From assembly GCA_965215505.1 (NCBI GenBank), contig OZ244065.1:2528001-2592000 (forward strand): a stretch of DNA of 64,000 nucleotides. The letters run 5' to 3'. Shown one piece after another: positions 8,435 to 17,700 of the stretch (within the stretch, counting starts at the first letter, position 1; each line of letters opens with the position of its first letter). The notes under the pieces were generated by a model that did not search any database, was not told the DNA's origin, and was given only the letters and a program-made list of their open reading frames with translations. Position numbers and translations under genes: made by a program. Source of the stretch: Capsulimonadaceae bacterium (GTDB taxonomy: Bacteria; Armatimonadota; Armatimonadia; Armatimonadales; Capsulimonadaceae).

Positions 8435-8860
8435 TTATCTAGGTTTAGTGCGGAAAATGTCTGCCGGGAATGGAGGCGGGGGTTGCGCTTGTTGGAGGCA
8501 TGACAGGGAACGGTATGGCATCAACCCCGTCGGGCCCATGCGGTTGACGGGGTTGTTTTGGGTGTAGCCGTAGAGGTTGATGCCCCCCGCGTAGCCGCTG
8601 GGATCCCGCGTCAGGAACCGCCCGCTCTGGGGGTCGTAGTGCCGGTTGGTGCAGAGGACCAGCCCCGTCTCGGTGTCGGTGTAGTAGCCCGCCTGCCCCC
8701 CGAAGCCCCACACGTCGGCGGGACCGGACCGCTTCTTTCCGAAGCCGTCATACAGGTCGGCGGACAGCAAGCCCCCGCTGGAGCCGACTCGCTGGGCGAC
8801 GTTGCCGCGCTCGTCGAAGGCGTAGAAGGCCGTGCCGCCGCCCGCGCCCTGCCGCTGAGG
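8435..8860 (-). pseudogene. Orphan RHS repeat-associated core remnant
   Basis: YAFDERGNV...YDGFG...GYYTDTETGL...RHYDPQSGRFLTRDP...NLYGYTQNNPVNRMGPTGL (DPxGL degenerated to GPTGL). No proper start and no recognisable toxin tip. Confidence 0.8.
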
Positions 8861-8926
8861 AAGGGCGAACACGAGGTTCGCGCCCTACAAGTCATTCCCG
8901 TAGGGGCGAACCTCGTGTTCGCCCTT
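8861..8926. repeat. Inverted pair of GTAG-type REP elements (REPIN-like)
   Basis: GTAGGGGCGAACCTCGTGTTCGCCCTT at 8900-8926 and its near-perfect reverse complement at 8861-8888. Confidence 0.75.
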
Positions 8927-8979
8927 CTTGTCTGTGTTCCCCAGGTTGCCGTTTTCGCCCGACTTGCCGTGGCTCGGCC

Positions 8980-11109
8980 TTACTGGAAGGCCGCGCTGGC
9001 GAAGTCGAAGCGGACCTTTTTGGTCTTGGCAGAGTAGTATAAGGCGAAGTCACGCCCGAAGACCTTGCGGCTGACCGAGTACTCGAAGTCGCGGTAGCTG
9101 TCTATGACATACTCCTCGTAGGAGGAGACGATGCCGACGCCCCAGTTGTTGTTGATGCGGTAGTGGGCCGTGGCGAACAGGCTGCGGTCGCCGAGCGGCA
9201 GGCCGTAGCCACCGGAGAAGGCGACCGAGAGGCGCGGCAGCGGGTTGGTGAGGTAGGTGGCGGTGACGCGCTGCTGGGTACTGGACTTGAGCAGGGCCTC
9301 GAGCGGGTTGAGGCCGGACGAGGGCGTCCCGAGCTGCGAGAGCAGCGGGTCATAGCGATAGGTGTAGTTGAGCGAGAGCGAGTCCGACTTGCGGAAGGTG
9401 CGGGTGAGGCCGAGGCTGGCGCTGACGACGGGGGCCAGCTTGCTGTTCTGCGTACTCCAGACCTGGCCGACGGTGAGCGAGTCGGTGAGGTTGGTGCGCT
9501 TGTTGAGCTGTAAGGGCTGGGTGAAGAAGCGTATGTCTGCGGTGGTGTCGGAGACGGGGGTCGTGACCGTGCCGGTGTCCGGGGCGGTCTCGGTGACGGT
9601 GCCCCTCAGCAGCGAGAGGTCGGTTGAGTAATTGAAGATCGAGTGCCCCAATGTTTTGGGGTTGGTCTGGATGTAGGTGTTCAGGCTGTAGCTGCGGGCC
9701 GAGTAGCCGTCCGCGCCGGGGTCATTGCTGCCGGACGCGCTGGCGTTGACGGTGTAGCCGCTGAATTGGCGCGAGACGTTGGACGAGGCATACAGGCTGC
9801 GGTGGGCGGGATAGTCCACGAACATGTAGCCGGTCGTCACCGGGTCTATCTTCTGGGTGTGGTTCCACTGCGCGCCCCATTCGGAGCGGGTGATGCCGTT
9901 GACCAGGAACTGGCCCGTGCCGCCGCGCCCCGTCTGGTAGGTCTGTTCCAGGTCCAGGGCCAGGCCGTGGCGAACGCCCTGACTGCCGAAGAACGAGGCA
10001 CCCGTGGACAGGCTGTTGGCAATAGTCGCGCCGCTGACGGCGGCGTTCCGCAGGTAGACGGTGCCCTTGGAGTTGGGCGTCATGTTGTAGTAATACGGGA
10101 TGTTCAGGAACACGCCTTCCGACCCGAAGCCGAGGAGCTGCTGGCCGAAGATCTGGTCGGTGTTCATGGACATGACGTGGTAGGCCAGCGAGAGGAGCTT
10201 CTTGCCATCGCTGTAGATCGTCGCTCGCCGGAACTGAATCTGGTCGCCGGGGTCGGCGTTGATGCCGTGGGCGGACACGACGACGCGGCTGTCGGCGAGG
10301 TTCAGGAAGCGGTACGGGTTGGACACGAGCGGCAGGTCGGCGGGATCAACCGGCGCGGGCGCGGCCTCCAGGTCATTGCCGGTGACGGTGACGCTCTGGG
10401 CCTCACCGGCGAGGACGGCGGTCCCAGCCCAGTTCAGCAGGTCGTAGCGCAGCTCGGCGACGCGCAGGACGTGGCGGCCGCGCTGGAGCGTGGCGTGATG
10501 GGCGAGGACGAGCCGGGTCTGGAGGTCCACCTGGAGTGCGTCGGCCTTGATGTCCAGGCCCTTGTAGGAGAGGTGGGCGGAGCCGTTCTTGCCCTGCGCC
10601 TCGACGACGCGCGAGTCGGCGCTGTAGATGAGGTACTGGGGGCAGTCCAGGCGAATCCAGCGGGCGTCTTTGGAAAAAAGCGATTCCTTGTCTTCGGTGA
10701 ACTCGACCGTGGTGGTCCCCGCCGCCGACCCGGACGCCGCCGCGCCGAAAGACACGGCGGTGACGGTGGCGGTGCCCGACGAGGTGGCGCTGGTAAGCGA
10801 GATGCGAGCGACCCCCGACGTCGTCGAGGCGGTGTCCCCGGTGAGCGTGCCCAGCGTAGTCGTGAACCGGACCGGGGTATTGTTGGCGACGAGGCTGCCG
10901 CCCGCGTCCCGAACGGTGGCGGTGATGACCGTTGTACTCTTGCCGTCCGCGTAGATGATGTCCGGTGAGGCGGCGAGCGAGACGCTGGACAGGCCCGCCG
11001 CGCGCGCGGCGGTAGGCCGGAGCGCCGGAAGGAACGCCAGGACCACGAGGACGAACATCAAAAGGCGGGAGAGCGGGTCGGAGCAAGACCGAGCCGTACA
11101 AGGGCGCAT
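8980..11109 (-). CDS. Secreted protein: invasin/Big_1 Ig domain + OstA/LptD-like N-terminal region + predicted outer-membrane beta-barrel
   Basis: Signal peptide ending ARA; IYADGKSTTVITATVRDAGG (Big_1-like); IKADALQVDL and LNIPYYY (LptD-like); alternating aromatic beta-strands ending KVRFDFASAAFQ. Start ATG 11109 with AGGA SD. Confidence 0.65.
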   Translation of the reverse strand: MRPCTARSCSDPLSRLLMFVLVVLAFLPALRPTAARAAGLSSVSLAASPDIIYADGKSTTVITATVRDAGGSLVANNTPVRFTTTLGTLTGDTASTTSGVARISLTSATSSGTATVTAVSFGAAASGSAAGTTTVEFTEDKESLFSKDARWIRLDCPQYLIYSADSRVVEAQGKNGSAHLSYKGLDIKADALQVDLQTRLVLAHHATLQRGRHVLRVAELRYDLLNWAGTAVLAGEAQSVTVTGNDLEAAPAPVDPADLPLVSNPYRFLNLADSRVVVSAHGINADPGDQIQFRRATIYSDGKKLLSLAYHVMSMNTDQIFGQQLLGFGSEGVFLNIPYYYNMTPNSKGTVYLRNAAVSGATIANSLSTGASFFGSQGVRHGLALDLEQTYQTGRGGTGQFLVNGITRSEWGAQWNHTQKIDPVTTGYMFVDYPAHRSLYASSNVSRQFSGYTVNASASGSNDPGADGYSARSYSLNTYIQTNPKTLGHSIFNYSTDLSLLRGTVTETAPDTGTVTTPVSDTTADIRFFTQPLQLNKRTNLTDSLTVGQVWSTQNSKLAPVVSASLGLTRTFRKSDSLSLNYTYRYDPLLSQLGTPSSGLNPLEALLKSSTQQRVTATYLTNPLPRLSVAFSGGYGLPLGDRSLFATAHYRINNNWGVGIVSSYEEYVIDSYRDFEYSVSRKVFGRDFALYYSAKTKKVRFDFASAAFQ

Positions 11110-11215
11110 GGTGGTTTCCTGAAAGGGACTCGCCCCGGCGTTAGGGCCGAGGCGGGTGGTTAGGGCTGCATGGAGAGGGGGACGAACTCGGGTCCGCCCC
11201 CTTTGGAAGACCGCG

Positions 11216-12229
11216 TTAGATGACCGGTGCGGCGGGCGGCGCACTGCTGGTGCCGCCGGTGAGGCCAGGCGGGCTGGGGGGGCCGCTGCTGCCGGTCCCC
11301 GTCGTCGTGGTGCCGGTCGAGCTGTTGTTATTGTTGCTGCTGTGGTGCGAGGAGCCAATGGCGATGCCGACGGCGGCAGCCAGCAAGATGCCCAGCAGGA
11401 TGGAGCCGCCGTTACTGTGGTGGCCACGCGCGTAGTCCGTGGACACCACGCGCTGGGGGACGGTGCCGTTCAGGGCCGAGACGATCTGGCCGGCCACGTC
11501 GTTGATGGCGCTCTGGAGGAGGGCATCGGAGTCGTCTCCGGGATTATAGGAGACGCCCTTTCCGGTGAAGACCAGCACACGGGCGGCCGTCCCCGTCGCC
11601 GAGTTGTAGAGGTTCGCGCTGACGGTCAGGGAGACATTGCGGGTGGCAGTGTCCGCTTGCAGCGACTCGATCGTGCCGATCAAATAGCCGTCGGTTCCCA
11701 CCTGGGCGGCGATCTTCTGCGTCTTTTGCGGATCATTGTAGGGCGGCTCCAGGTCGTTCTCGCTCAAGCCTTCCACGCGCGCCTCCTGCAAGGCGCGCTG
11801 AATCTGGGGCAGGGAAGGCGCGAAGCTGTTGGCCTTGTAGCGCCCGATGACGTTCAGGCGCATCTTGATGGCGTCTTCGACGCGCGCCCCGACTTGATCC
11901 GCATTGAAGCTGCTCGCCCCCGCTGCGGGGATGTTGCTGGCGAACGGGAACAGCAGGATCGAGTGGATCGGACCGGCCGCGACCGGCGACATCGGGATGC
12001 GGATGGTACTGCCGGCAGGCGGCGCGGGCGCGGCGGGGGCGGGGGCCTCCGGTGCGACCGGCGCGACCTGCTGCGCCCGGGCGGCGACCAGGAGGCCGCC
12101 GGGCGGGCAGAGCATGGCGGCGGCCAGCGCGAGCGCGAGGGTGCGCTTCGCGAAGGTGCGGACGCCCTTGCTCTGGGTGAACGTCTTGCAGTCGGTGAAC
12201 ATGGATCTCTTCCTCTCGGTAACGCGCAT
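11216..12229 (-). CDS. Secreted TolB_N/CsgG-like alpha/beta protein with a hydrophobic helix and low-complexity tail
   Basis: Signal peptide; ILLFPF...KIAAQVGTDGYLIGTIE...VSLTVSANLYNSATG; then GSILLGILLAAAVGIAIG. Alternative start ATG 12202. Confidence 0.6.
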   Translation of the reverse strand: MRVTERKRSMFTDCKTFTQSKGVRTFAKRTLALALAAAMLCPPGGLLVAARAQQVAPVAPEAPAPAAPAPPAGSTIRIPMSPVAAGPIHSILLFPFASNIPAAGASSFNADQVGARVEDAIKMRLNVIGRYKANSFAPSLPQIQRALQEARVEGLSENDLEPPYNDPQKTQKIAAQVGTDGYLIGTIESLQADTATRNVSLTVSANLYNSATGTAARVLVFTGKGVSYNPGDDSDALLQSAINDVAGQIVSALNGTVPQRVVSTDYARGHHSNGGSILLGILLAAAVGIAIGSSHHSSNNNNSSTGTTTTGTGSSGPPSPPGLTGGTSSAPPAAPVI

Positions 12230-14562
12230 CAGTTCCGGGGCCGCCCGGCGAAGGTGCCCCGGCGCAGCGATGAAGCCCGGATCGCAGACCCCGTAGCACC
12301 CGTGATGTTCAGGGAGAGCGGGTCGCTGAAGACATACGGGTTGCTGAATCCCGCCTGGCCGTTGTCGGCGGAATTGCGCGCGCCGACCCGGTAGAAGAAG
12401 ACGGTCCCGCTGGGGAAGTCCGTCGTCAGGTTGATGTTGTTAAACACGACGGCCGTCCCGTTCGCGACGCTGATGCCGCCATTCTGGTTCGTCGGGAATT
12501 GCAGGGTCGCGGTGTAAGCTCCCGGCGCGGCCACATAGGTGTGGACGGTGGAGAAGCCGGGGTCGGTGCTGATTTGCAGGATGTAGTCGTTGGCACCGCG
12601 CGTTGCAGGCACAGTGACGTTGACGTTCGTGGCACCGGTCCCGGTGACCGCGTTGCCGAACGGGGCGACCGGCTCGATGTAGGTGACGTAGTTGGAGTTA
12701 CGCCGCCCGGTGAGCTGGAACGTCTCGCTGTGGCCCTGTGTGGTGGTAGTGCCCGTCGTGTTCTGGCCGGCCGTGTTCTGGCCGGTCGTGTTCTGGCCGC
12801 CGCCGCCCGTGGTGCCGCCGCCCGTAGTGCCCGTGCCGCCGCCCGTGGTGCCGTTGGTGTTGCCGGTGTTGTTCGTGTTCTGGCCGTTGTTGCCGGTCGT
12901 GCCGGGGTTGATCGTCCCCGTGTTGCCCGAGTTATAGGTGGAAGGCTGGATGTACAGCCCTTCAACCTGGTAGAAGACGCGCTGGCCGAATTGCAGTTCC
13001 GTGCCGGGGATCGGCGGCACGGTCGTGGTCGTCGTGGTCGTGGTCGTCGTGGTCGTCGTCGTGAAGACGAACCCGAAGCCTGCCCCGGTCAGCGTGACCA
13101 GAGTGCCGCTGTCAGAGGGGTCGGGCTTGGAGGCGGTCACGGACGCCTTCCCATTGAAGTCGTCGAAAACGAGCAGGTTGTTGTGGCCGGCCTGTGAGAG
13201 CAGGGGGATCTGGCCGAACCCGGACAGGCCCAGGATGCCTCCGGCGATGGTTGTCGTGTTGGTGCCCGTGTTGTTCGTGTTCGTGCCGTTGGTGTTGCTG
13301 TTGAAAATCGTGGTCGTCGTGGCCGAGTAGGCGGGCAGGCTGGCGAAGGAGGTCAGCGCGGCGGGCGCGTCACTCCGATAGACGTGGAACTCCAGGAAGT
13401 TGCTGTAGTCCACATTGCCCGTATCCGCCGTGATTCGGACAGCGACGGGGATGTAGCTGCTGTTCGGGAAGCCCACGGCGGGTACGCCGGTCAGGGAACC
13501 ACCGAGGTCCGACGACCTCCCGGAGACGGCGAGCACGCCTGAAACGCTCGCGCCGCCGAGCGAATGGGACCCACCGCCTGACTTGATGGCGCTCAGGAGC
13601 AGGCCGGCCGCGAGCAGAGCAACGAGGATGCCGCCGACGCCCTGGAAGGCGCTGTGGTGTACGGCAGTCGAGGGGGCGTCGGCGCCCACCTGCGCCGTGC
13701 TGGCGGTGACGAAACTGTGCGTCGCAGTGTCTATATGGTACTCAGGCAGTTGGTACAGGGCGGTCGCGCGGTCTTCGGGCTGAATGCCCTGGCCCTGATC
13801 CGTGATGACGGCCTCGGCGTCGTTGTTGGTGGCGCTGAAGATCCGGATACGCCCGGTGACGACGCCGTTACGGGACACCAGCATGTTCAGGCCGTTGTAC
13901 AGACCGTCCCGCGTGCCCTTGTTGAGCGTCACGGATTGGGTGTCGCGCCCAATCAGGACGGTCGCGACGGGGAGGCTGAATTTGCTGATCTGGCGGACGG
14001 CGTTGAAGGCGGCATTGCCGAACGCCTCGTTGACGAGCTGCTCCTCATCCGTGACGGGGATGGGGCGCTGGTTGGAATAGCCCTCGGCCAGCGCGCCGTT
14101 GAGCAGGAAGCCGGAGCGCGGGTCAAGGACACGAACGACCAGGCTGACTTTGGCCTGACGCCGGTCCCGCGAGAAGGAGACGGAGGCGATCTCCCCGGCG
14201 ACCATGCCCTGTACGCCCAGAGTCTGCCCCAGCCGCTCGATGCTGGTGAGGTTGAGGGGGGGAGTCAGATTGCTGTTCTGGATGCCGTTGAGCAGGTCCT
14301 GGCGGGGCAGGACGGCGTAGCGGTTGAGTTTCGCCAGTTCGACGACGAACGAGTCGGCGGCGAGCCGGCCGACATCGGTGCCGCCATACCCGGACGGGTT
14401 GGCGAAGTCCAGGACGGCCCAGGTGGGCTGGGGGGTGGCGAGTCCCTGTGCCCGCGCGGCGGGCGCGCGGAGCAGGAAGACGGCCAGAACGGGCAGTGCC
14501 ATCAGTACCGAGAGCAGTAGACTGAGGGGCCGCGCGCTCCAATGCTGTTTCAAATGTTTCAC
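12229..14562 (-). CDS. Secreted CsgG/FlgT-like protein with internal hydrophobic helix, Thr/Gly/Asn-rich linkers and FN3-like C-terminus
   Basis: WAVLDFAN...LGQTLGVQGMVAGEI...VRVLDPRSG (CsgG-like); VTLNKGTRDGLYNGLNMLVSRNG (FlgT C-terminal-like); YILQISTDPGF...FYRVGARN (FN3-like). GTG start with AGGAGG SD. Confidence 0.65.
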   Translation of the reverse strand: MKHLKQHWSARPLSLLLSVLMALPVLAVFLLRAPAARAQGLATPQPTWAVLDFANPSGYGGTDVGRLAADSFVVELAKLNRYAVLPRQDLLNGIQNSNLTPPLNLTSIERLGQTLGVQGMVAGEIASVSFSRDRRQAKVSLVVRVLDPRSGFLLNGALAEGYSNQRPIPVTDEEQLVNEAFGNAAFNAVRQISKFSLPVATVLIGRDTQSVTLNKGTRDGLYNGLNMLVSRNGVVTGRIRIFSATNNDAEAVITDQGQGIQPEDRATALYQLPEYHIDTATHSFVTASTAQVGADAPSTAVHHSAFQGVGGILVALLAAGLLLSAIKSGGGSHSLGGASVSGVLAVSGRSSDLGGSLTGVPAVGFPNSSYIPVAVRITADTGNVDYSNFLEFHVYRSDAPAALTSFASLPAYSATTTTIFNSNTNGTNTNNTGTNTTTIAGGILGLSGFGQIPLLSQAGHNNLLVFDDFNGKASVTASKPDPSDSGTLVTLTGAGFGFVFTTTTTTTTTTTTTTVPPIPGTELQFGQRVFYQVEGLYIQPSTYNSGNTGTINPGTTGNNGQNTNNTGNTNGTTGGGTGTTGGGTTGGGGQNTTGQNTAGQNTTGTTTTQGHSETFQLTGRRNSNYVTYIEPVAPFGNAVTGTGATNVNVTVPATRGANDYILQISTDPGFSTVHTYVAAPGAYTATLQFPTNQNGGISVANGTAVVFNNINLTTDFPSGTVFFYRVGARNSADNGQAGFSNPYVFSDPLSLNITGATGSAIRASSLRRGTFAGRPRN

Positions 14563-14600
14563 GAGATGGAGTTCCTCCTAGAAATCGTCCTAAACTTTCG

Positions 14601-14697
14601 CCGCCCGCCGGACCAAGAAAAAGATCGGCGCGGGCGGCTTCGATGTCCAATGATTGCCGGCCCTCCCCCGCCCTGGCACGCGCCGGGGCGGGGGAGA
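14601..14697. other. Two GC-rich stem-loops without a U-tract, between the giant gene and the CsgG-like gene
   Basis: CCGCCCGCCG...CGGCGCGGGCGG and CTCCCCCGCCCTGGC/GCCGGGGCGGGGGAG. Confidence 0.5.
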
Positions 14698-14731
14698 GTA
14701 ATGAGACCGTCGGAGCGGCTCTCGGTCCGCT

Positions 14732-17700
14732 TTACCTTCCGGTCGGGATCTGCACGGTCGTATCCACATACACCTTGATCCAGTACGCCTGGTAAGGCTG
14801 GAGCGAATCGGACTGTGAGACCGTCTGGTAGTTGACCCCGTCGTAGCGGTACAAAGTCGGCGAGACGATGTGGTTCGCGCTCCCGACCGCGTTCGCGAAG
14901 GAGAGGGTCGTCGTGCCCGTGACGAACGTGAGGTTCGCGACGGGGACCGGAGACGTGCTGGGCACGCCGATCTGGTTCCAGGACGGGTGCAGGGCGACGC
15001 TGATCGCCCCGCCGGTCGCGACGCCGGGCGTCGTCAGGTCCACCGCGTTCTTCAGGAAGACCCAGTAGCCCACGCCGAGCCGGAGGGCGTCGGCGGGCGC
15101 GGTCGGGTCCAGGGCGTACTGCCCGAGCAGCGGGTTCCAGACCGCGACGTGCGTCCGGTTGCCGTTTGGAGTGGTCCCGGTCGGGGCCGTGTTCAGCACG
15201 CCGAACAGGCTGTCGAAGGACGTGCCGCTATAATCGAACGGCGCGGACAGGAAGTTCAGGCCCGCCGCGAACGTGTGCAGCGGCGGCAGGCCGTTGATCC
15301 CGGTGAAGTCCAGCCGGGTGAACGTGCTGGCCGAGATCGTGACGGTCTGCGAACCCGCCGTGACGCCGTTCTTGGCGGCGGTGACGGTGTAGGTCCCCGC
15401 CCCCAACGTGACCGGCCCGTAGTTGATCTGGCCGCCGTCCGAGGCCGGCGTGGACGTGCCCGCCGTGACCGGGGCGGGCGTGATGGCCTGTCCGGTGCCC
15501 GTGTTGGTGATGGTCAGCGTGACACCGGCCAGCGGTGCCGAGGACCCGGTGCCGGTGACCAGGCCGCCCAGGGTGCCATTGGCGAGCGCCCCCAGCATGA
15601 TGTCCGGCACGGTCGTGGTCGTCGCGCCGACCACGACGACGGAGATCGGCGCGCTGCTGCCGAAGCCGGTCGCCGAGGCGGTCACGTTGTAGGTGCCTGC
15701 GGCCAGCGCGGCGATGTTATAGGTCCCGGTCGAGTCGGTGGTCGCCGTGGCGGCGACGACGGCGGGGGTGCCGCTGCTGAAGAAGACCGAGGCACCGGGG
15801 ATCGGGTTGCCCGAGGTGTCCACGACTCGGCCCGTCACCGCGCCCGGACCGGGCTGGAGCTTGAAGTTGACGACCAGGGCGGCGTTGCTGGCGACGACCA
15901 GGTTGGTCTGCGTCTGCGAGCCGAAGCCGGTCTTCGTGGCCGTGCCGCTGTAGGTGGACGGGGCCACCGAGGACAGCGTGTAGTTGCCGTTGGAGTCGGT
16001 CGTAGTCGAGTAGATCTGGCCATCGGTCGAGGTGAACGTGACGCTCGCACCCGAGACGATGTTGCCGCCCGTGTCGGTGACTTTGCCGGCGATGGAGCCG
16101 GGCGCGGCGGGAACCAGGGTCAGGCTGGCCTGCTGGACCGCATCCCCCTCGACGGTGAAGACGACGCCGGGGTTCGAGGTGGCCCGGATGAAGCCCGTCC
16201 GGTAGGCGGCGAGTGTGTAGTTGCCCGGCTCGATGCCGTCAATCCGGTAGTTACCCGCCGAGTCCGTGGTCGCGCTGAAGGTCCCGCGCCCCGGAATGGG
16301 ATTGCCGGACGCGGACACTAGATAGACGGTGACGCCCGACACACCCGATCCGACGACGCCGTTGCCGCTCGTGGAGCGGATGGTGCCGACGATGGAGCCG
16401 GTCCGCAGATAGTCCACGATGTTGTGGATGATGCTCTGCCGCTGGTTGCGCGGGTTGTAGATCACCGGGTTCGGCTTGAAGACGCTCGTAACCTTATAGA
16501 ACTCGGTGCCGAGTCCTTCCAGGCCGAAGGTGGCATAAACCACCTTGGAGCCGGTGCCGCCCGCCGCCGTGATCGGGTTCTCCGTGTAGATCAGGCCCAC
16601 GCCGCCCGGTGAGGAGGCCGCCGCGTCGTTGCCGTTGTCGAGCGGCGGAATCGGGTTGGTGAAGGGCGCGAGCGTGATGTCCGTGTGCGCGCCCTTGCCC
16701 GGCGTGATGGTGTCGATCGCGCCGACAACCGCGTTGGAGTTGAGCAGGGCGACCGGATAGGGCTGGATGTACGGCCCCAACTGGTCCAGCGAGCCGTCGG
16801 TGCGCCAGTTCCCCGCGAACGTGTTGAAGTTCGTGAAGACCAGGTCGGACGAGAAGATGTTCCCCGCAAAGTTGTTCGAGATGCGGAGGAGCCTCTGGCC
16901 GGGCGGCACAGTGGTCACCGTGATGCCCGGCTCAAGCTCCCGGTAGTTGCCGATCACGACGCCATCATAGCCCGGCGTGTTGGTGATGCGGTTGTCGGCA
17001 ATGGTCGGGGCGGCGACGACGGCCGGGATGTGCGTGCCGCCGTTGGGCGTCGCGAGTGTCGCGTTCAGCACGTCAAAGACGAACCCGCCTGCGGCATTGT
17101 TGACCTGACCGTTCTGCGTCAGGGTCGAGCCGACATCCTCGCCGGAGATGCACAGGCGACCGCCCGCCGCCACGAAGTTCCGCAGCGAGGTCTGCGTGGC
17201 CGTGTCGGCCAGCGTCCCGGACCCGGCAAGAACGTCGCCGGTGAACGGCGCGATCCAGACGATGCACCGGTTGGCGACGGCGACGCTCGCCGACGGGGCG
17301 GTGAACTTGGTCGTGCCGCTCGTGTCGGCGACGGCCGGCTGCGTCTGCCGCGTCGGAGTGTAAGCAGCGTACACCGAGTTCGGAACCGGGCCGCGCGCCA
17401 GGGTGCGCCAGATGCTGTACTGCTGTGAACGGACTGCGGGGACGTTGTCAATACGCCCGCCATCGTCAATGAACCGGTCATAGTAGGAGCCAACGCCCAG
17501 GCCGTTGAAGACGGGGTTCATCAGCAGCTGCTGCTCCGGGGAACCGGGGCCACCCTCCGTGTCGAGGTCCCGCCCGGTGGGCGAGTAGGAGCTGCCCAGG
17601 AAGTTGACTTCCACGTTCGGGTCGTTGGCATTCGCGCCGGTGATGACCGTGTTCCGGTAGATGGCGTTCGGCAGCAGATTTACGTCAATGTCGGTGACGT

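Noticed and set aside
8900-8926. LexA box within the REP (CGAAC...GTTCG)
   Set aside because: The spacer is not 4 nt, the site lies downstream of a gene, and it fits a GTAG REP doublet better.
12735-13065. CRISPR array or phase-variable microsatellite
   Set aside because: The repeats are in-frame codon repeats with synonymous variation and no unique spacers. No cas genes or repeat-spacer array were seen anywhere in the window.
12229-14562. Calling this locus curli (csg) or flagellar (flgT) biogenesis
   Set aside because: No curlin repeats, csgE/F, lipobox or flagellar genes; only fold-level resemblance.
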